Shown here piece by piece: positions 59,813-64,000 of a DNA stretch of 64,000 bases. The DNA is taken from contig JAYWGM010000041.1 of assembly GCA_043778225.1 (NCBI GenBank), positions 1-64,000 on the forward strand. Direction: 5' to 3'. The notes under the pieces are model-generated. The model searched no databases. It was given only the letters and a program-made list of their open reading frames with translations, and was not told the DNA's origin. Both the position numbers and the translations under genes were made by a program. Position 1 is the stretch's first letter. Every line of letters starts with the position of its first letter. The stretch comes from Deinococcales bacterium. Lineage in GTDB: Bacteria; Deinococcota; Deinococci; Deinococcales; JAAFIG01.

Positions 59813-61083
59813 CCTGCTTGAAATTTCTTTCGTAATCCCTCGAGTCTACCCTTAACTTTTTCTTCCCAACCTTCGCCTGAAGCATTGTAAAATTCGTGCT
59901 GCTCGAGTTCTAGCGGCAAGTAACTCTGCTTAAAACTGCCTTCTGGGTCGTCAAAATAATAGGCGTAGCCTTGTCCATACCCAAGGCTTTTCATGTAGCC
60001 CGTTGGTGCATTCCGCAGGTGCAAAGGCACGGCTGCGCCAGTATGTTGCTGGGCGGTCTCGAGGGCGGCTTTCCAAGCGCTGTAAATCGCATTTGATTTT
60101 GGGGCGAGGGCTAGGTAAACCACGGCTTGGGCGAGGGCTAAATCGCCTTCTGGACTGCCCAGAAATTCAGTACTGTCTCGAGCCGCGATTGCTAGGCGCA
60201 ATGCTACTGGGTCTGCCAAGCCAATATCCTCGGATGCCATTCGCACCAAGCGCCGCGCCACATAGAGGCTGTCCGCGCCACCAGCAATCATTCGGGCAAG
60301 CCAGTACAACGAAGCATCCACGTGGGAGGCTCGCACCGATTTATGCAGGGCACTAATCAGGTTATAAAAATCCTCGCCATTTTTGTCCATCGCTGGGGTT
60401 TGCGCCCCGAGGGCTTCGCGGATTCCCTCGAGTGTGATGTGGTCATCAGCTTCGGCAGCCACTTCAAGGGCAGTCAGGGCTTTTCGGGCATCGCCATCCA
60501 CGGCTCGAGCAAGCGCTTCGAGTGCGTCAGGGTCGGCTTTGGCATTGGGTAAGCCTCGAGCATCAGTCAGGGCTTTGTGCAGTAAGCCCAAAATCTGGTC
60601 TGGTGGAATTGGCTCGAGTTTTAGGGTTCGGGTTCTCGAGCGCAAAGCTGGATTGACTTCAAAACTCGGATTTTCGGTGGTTGCCCCAATCAGAATTAAA
60701 AGCCCAGACTCGACGTGCGGCAGGAGTGCATCTTGTTGGGCTTTATTAAAACGGTGAATTTCGTCCAAAAACAAGACCGTGCGCTGCCCAAAGCCTCTGG
60801 CGGTTTCGGCGTGTGTCACCACATCGCGCACATCCTTGACCCCAGCATTAACAGCCGATAAACCAACAAATTGGGCGTTGGATAAACTCGAGATTAACCG
60901 CGCCAGTGTGGTTTTACCACAGCCCGGTCCGCCCCAAAGTATCAGGCTCGAGAGTTGCCCACGCTCAAGCATTTGGCGCAGGGGTTTGTTTGGGGCAGTT
61001 AAGTGTGGTTGTCCAACGACTTCATCTAAGGTGCGGGGGCGCATTCGCTCGGCAAGCGGGGCATTGGGGGCAAAGAGACTCAT
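59809..61083 (-). CDS. rarA: Replication-associated recombination protein A
   Basis: [50 protein letters not shown]. Confidence 0.95.
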   Translation of the reverse strand: MSLFAPNAPLAERMRPRTLDEVVGQPHLTAPNKPLRQMLERGQLSSLILWGGPGCGKTTLARLISSLSNAQFVGLSAVNAGVKDVRDVVTHAETARGFGQRTVLFLDEIHRFNKAQQDALLPHVESGLLILIGATTENPSFEVNPALRSRTRTLKLEPIPPDQILGLLHKALTDARGLPNAKADPDALEALARAVDGDARKALTALEVAAEADDHITLEGIREALGAQTPAMDKNGEDFYNLISALHKSVRASHVDASLYWLARMIAGGADSLYVARRLVRMASEDIGLADPVALRLAIAARDSTEFLGSPEGDLALAQAVVYLALAPKSNAIYSAWKAALETAQQHTGAAVPLHLRNAPTGYMKSLGYGQGYAYYFDDPEGSFKQSYLPLELEQHEFYNASGEGWEEKVKGRLEGLRKKFQAG

Positions 61084-61113
61084 GCCGAAGAGTCTAATTC
61101 AATTTCACATGGC

Positions 61114-61851
61114 TTAAAACAACAACCGCAAGCCACCCAGCAAAGCTAAACCCAAAGCAATATTATTAAAGACTTGCTGCTCGAGTTTCTGCATTGCCCA
61201 GCGCCCGATAAAAACCCCAAGCCAGACCACAGGTATGAGGTAGAGATTCAGTTCTAAACTCTGGATGTTGACTAAGCCTAAGCCCAACATAAACGGCAAC
61301 TTAAAAAGATTGACCACACAAAAAAACCAAGCAGTTGTGCCGACAAATTCGTTTTTGGGTAAACGCATTGCCAGTAAATACAGCGCCATAATTGGACCAG
61401 CCGCATTGGCAATCAGGGTCGTAAAACCGGCAATAATTCCAGCCAAGCCAGCCGCAATCGGATGCTGCACCAAGCCCAACCCTGCTTGGCTGTTGCTCGA
61501 GCGCCAAAATTGCAACCCGCACAGCACCAAAATAATCACACCCATCAGACGTTTGACCACCGCATCATCTATTTGCCCAAGCAGCAACGCCCCAAAGACC
61601 ACGCCAAGCGCCGCACTTGGAAAAATCCGCCACAGTTCGCGCCAATTGGCAGAATTGCGAAATAACAAAACCGCCACCACATCGGCAGCAATCAAAAGCG
61701 GCAAAAGCGCTCCAGTCGCAACTTTGGTGGGCAGCACTTGAGCAAACAGCACCACCGCCATGATATTGATGCCCGGCAAACCGCCCTTGCTCGAGCCAGC
61801 CACCAATGCCCCAAGCGCCAACAGCACCCACTCGAGCCAAGTCAATTGCAT
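61114..61851 (-). CDS. TauE/SafE family membrane protein
   Basis: G.SKGG.PG, LPLL..AD, ANAAGP, F.GT.AWFF..VN..K. Confidence 0.85.
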   Translation of the reverse strand: MQLTWLEWVLLALGALVAGSSKGGLPGINIMAVVLFAQVLPTKVATGALLPLLIAADVVAVLLFRNSANWRELWRIFPSAALGVVFGALLLGQIDDAVVKRLMGVIILVLCGLQFWRSSNSQAGLGLVQHPIAAGLAGIIAGFTTLIANAAGPIMALYLLAMRLPKNEFVGTTAWFFCVVNLFKLPFMLGLGLVNIQSLELNLYLIPVVWLGVFIGRWAMQKLEQQVFNNIALGLALLGGLRLLF

Positions 61852-62843
61852 TAAAAAGTTTTCTCGTGCCAGCGCAACACACTGGCAGCCCAGGTCAGAC
61901 CCGCGCCAAACGTGACCATCAGCAAATGGTCGCCGTCCTTAATTCGCCCGTCGTCTATGGCTTCGCGCATCGCCAGACCAATGCTGGCGGCACTGGTGTT
62001 GCCATAACGGTCAACATTGGCAACCACACGCTCTTCGGGCAATTTTAAGTATTCTCGAGCCGCGTCAATAATTCGGTAATTGGCTTGGTGCGGAATAAAC
62101 TGGGCGATGTCCTCGAGCGTTAAACCCGCCTCGAGAACCGCTTGTTCGGTGGCGGTGTGCATCACCCGCACGGCAAACTTAAAAACCTCGCGCCCGTTCA
62201 TCGAAACAAATTCGGAAAGTGGGTTGCCATCGGGCAGGGTTTTATTGATACAGCGCATATTCAGGTGCTTGCCGCCAGCCCCATCTGTCCCCAGCACAAA
62301 ACTCTTAAAGCCATAGTGGGCTGGCACAGCTTCAACAATCCCAGCGCACGCCCCATCACCAAACAGCACCAAAGTGGTGCGGTCGGACCAATCAAGAATT
62401 TTGGTCAAGGATTCTGCGCCTATCGCCAGAACTTTTTTACGGATGCCACTTTTGGTATAAGCCGCCGCCACCGAAAGCGCATAAAGCCAGCCAGGGCAAG
62501 CCGCCAATAAATCAAAAGCCCCAGCCTCGAGACCAAAATGATGCTGGACCAAAGCTGCTGTTTGTGGAAAAAGCGCATCTGGGGTGCTGGTCGCCACAAT
62601 CACCATGTCCACACCATCCAAGACATTTGCACCATAACGCCGCACCAAGTCCTCGACTGCGCCAATACACAAATGACTGGTGAATTCGTCGGCTCGAGCA
62701 AAACGCCGTTCTTTAATTCCAGTACGGCTCTGAATCCACTCGTCCGACGTTTCTACCCCACGCCGCGCCAAATCGTCGTTGGTCACGATTTCTTCTGGAA
62801 CATACGCGCCAAGTGCGGTTAAACCAACAAAACTCGAGTTCAT
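61851..62843 (-). CDS. fabH: 3-oxoacyl-ACP synthase III
   Basis: WI.SRTGIKERR, AAC, LFGDGA, MNGREVFK, PHQAN, GNTSAAS, FGAGLTW. Confidence 0.95.
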   Translation of the reverse strand: MNSSFVGLTALGAYVPEEIVTNDDLARRGVETSDEWIQSRTGIKERRFARADEFTSHLCIGAVEDLVRRYGANVLDGVDMVIVATSTPDALFPQTAALVQHHFGLEAGAFDLLAACPGWLYALSVAAAYTKSGIRKKVLAIGAESLTKILDWSDRTTLVLFGDGACAGIVEAVPAHYGFKSFVLGTDGAGGKHLNMRCINKTLPDGNPLSEFVSMNGREVFKFAVRVMHTATEQAVLEAGLTLEDIAQFIPHQANYRIIDAAREYLKLPEERVVANVDRYGNTSAASIGLAMREAIDDGRIKDGDHLLMVTFGAGLTWAASVLRWHEKTF

Positions 62844-62865
62844 GTAAGGACACAGTATACGCCCA

Positions 62866-62953
62866 AGGGCAAGGTGAAAGGGTCAAAAGGAGAAAAGGTG
62901 AAAAGGTCAAAGGGTGAAAAGCAAGAGTTACTTTTGACCTTTTTGTTCCTTTG
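62866..62953. repeat. 8-bp-period inverted tandem repeat
   Basis: ggtgaaag ggtcaaaa ggagaaaa ggtgaaaa ggtcaaag ggtgaaaa ... ttttgacc. Confidence 0.8.
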
Positions 62954-62988
62954 CGCTCATCACCCAAATATGAGTAGAATAAGCCCAC

Positions 62989-63741
62989 ATGGTCAAAGTC
63001 ATCGCCATCGGAGACATTCACACAGACTGGGGTTTGCTTTACGGCGCACTCAAAGCCTCGTTTGCAATGGATGCTCAAGGCAACCCGACTGCGCCAGTTC
63101 TTGATGGGCGCTACAAAGTCATTTTGATGGGTGATTTGGTTCACCCCAAAACAATTGCCCGCTATGAGGAAATTACTGGGCGCGAAGGCTACGATTTCCG
63201 TGACCCCGACCACTTAAAAAGCGCTTCTCGGGCGCAGACTCGAGAACTCTATAAAATTAAAGAATATGTCGAAAAAGCGGCTGGCAACGTTGAAATTATT
63301 TTAGGCAACCACGACGATGCTGCCCTCGAGCATAAGTTTTTACTGGGCAACGCCATGGGCGTGATTCATGCCGAATTTGACCCCAACAAAAGCGGTACGC
63401 CACTGCCCGAAGACCTACAAGACTGGATTCGTGGCTTTAAGCGCTATATTCGCATTGAAGGGATTCATTTTTCGCACGCCGGACCGCTGCCGGGGATGAT
63501 GTACTTTGACGACTTTTTTTACAACGACCGTGATTCCAAGCACTGGTGGCACGAGAAACCGCACTACCTCAAAGACGCTGGGCATACCTTTGGGGTCTAC
63601 GGACACACCGTCATGAAAGAGGGGATTGTGCTAAACCTCGAGTCTGGCTTTGCGATGATTGATGCCCTCGAGAAGCGCCAATACCTCGAAATGCTGATTG
63701 GCGACGACGGGCAATTTCAGGCTCGAATCGCAAATTTTTAA
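62989..63741 (+). CDS. Calcineurin-like metallophosphoesterase
   Basis: IGDIH, MGDLV, GNHD, HAG, GHT. Confidence 0.88.
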   Translation: MVKVIAIGDIHTDWGLLYGALKASFAMDAQGNPTAPVLDGRYKVILMGDLVHPKTIARYEEITGREGYDFRDPDHLKSASRAQTRELYKIKEYVEKAAGNVEIILGNHDDAALEHKFLLGNAMGVIHAEFDPNKSGTPLPEDLQDWIRGFKRYIRIEGIHFSHAGPLPGMMYFDDFFYNDRDSKHWWHEKPHYLKDAGHTFGVYGHTVMKEGIVLNLESGFAMIDALEKRQYLEMLIGDDGQFQARIANF

Positions 63742-64000
63742 GGCAGTACCGCAATCACTTCGACCTCGAGCCGAACTTCGGGGCTACCCAGCGAAGCCAC
63801 AATTAAACCCGTGTGCGGTGGGCGGTGCAAACCAAAAAATGCCAGCCGAGCTTCGGTGACGGCTTTAGATTCGGTGCTGTCCACCAGATACGTCGTGATT
63901 TTAACTACGCTTTCCCTTGGGAAACCAGCCGCCTCGAGAACTGCTGCTAGATTCTGGTACACCTGTTTGGCTTGGGCAGCCGCATCAAAAGGCGCAACCA
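63738..64000 (-). CDS. RidA/YjgF family protein (5' end lies outside the window)
   Basis: NL.AVLEAAG..VVK.TTY...P..T...V..L..P...LEVE.IA. Confidence 0.8.
   Translation of the reverse strand, partial: VAPFDAAAQAKQVYQNLAAVLEAAGFPRESVVKITTYLVDSTESKAVTEARLAFFGLHRPPHTGLIVASLGSPEVRLEVEVIAVLP

Overview
This is a gene-dense chromosomal window of roughly 50% GC (by eye). It most likely comes from a Deinococcota bacterium, judged from many leaderless genes with a TANNNT box 5-7 nt before the start codon and from Deinococcus-like proteins. Housekeeping content includes obgE, rplU-rpmA, tRNA-Ser(CGA), coaE, RNase P RNA, icd, hslO, rarA and fabH. Other content: a secreted lipoprotein/S8 protease pair, a complete nitrate assimilation operon (nirA, nitrate reductase, nrtABD-type ABC transporter), an acuA/acuC/carboxyltransferase group and a C-R/M type II restriction-modification-like module. 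A roughly 12 kb LacI-controlled catabolic cluster of unknown substrate encodes three SnoaL-like proteins, a HisD/HpsN paralogue, an SDR, an aldolase, a cupin, a sugar ABC transporter and a PLP lyase. An AT-rich three-gene island matches the Detocs anti-phage architecture (kinase, REC, REC-PNP). The strongest sequence-level signal is a HIP1-like hyper-abundance of the palindrome CTCGAG: about 21 copies in the first 3 kb by hand count, versus only 2 seen in the 5.2 kb defence island. GGCC and GATC appear to be avoided. Intergenic spacers carry several nested repeat families, including a 35-bp unit found twice, each time just after an ABC substrate-binding gene. All calls come from motif recognition by eye; no searches were run.
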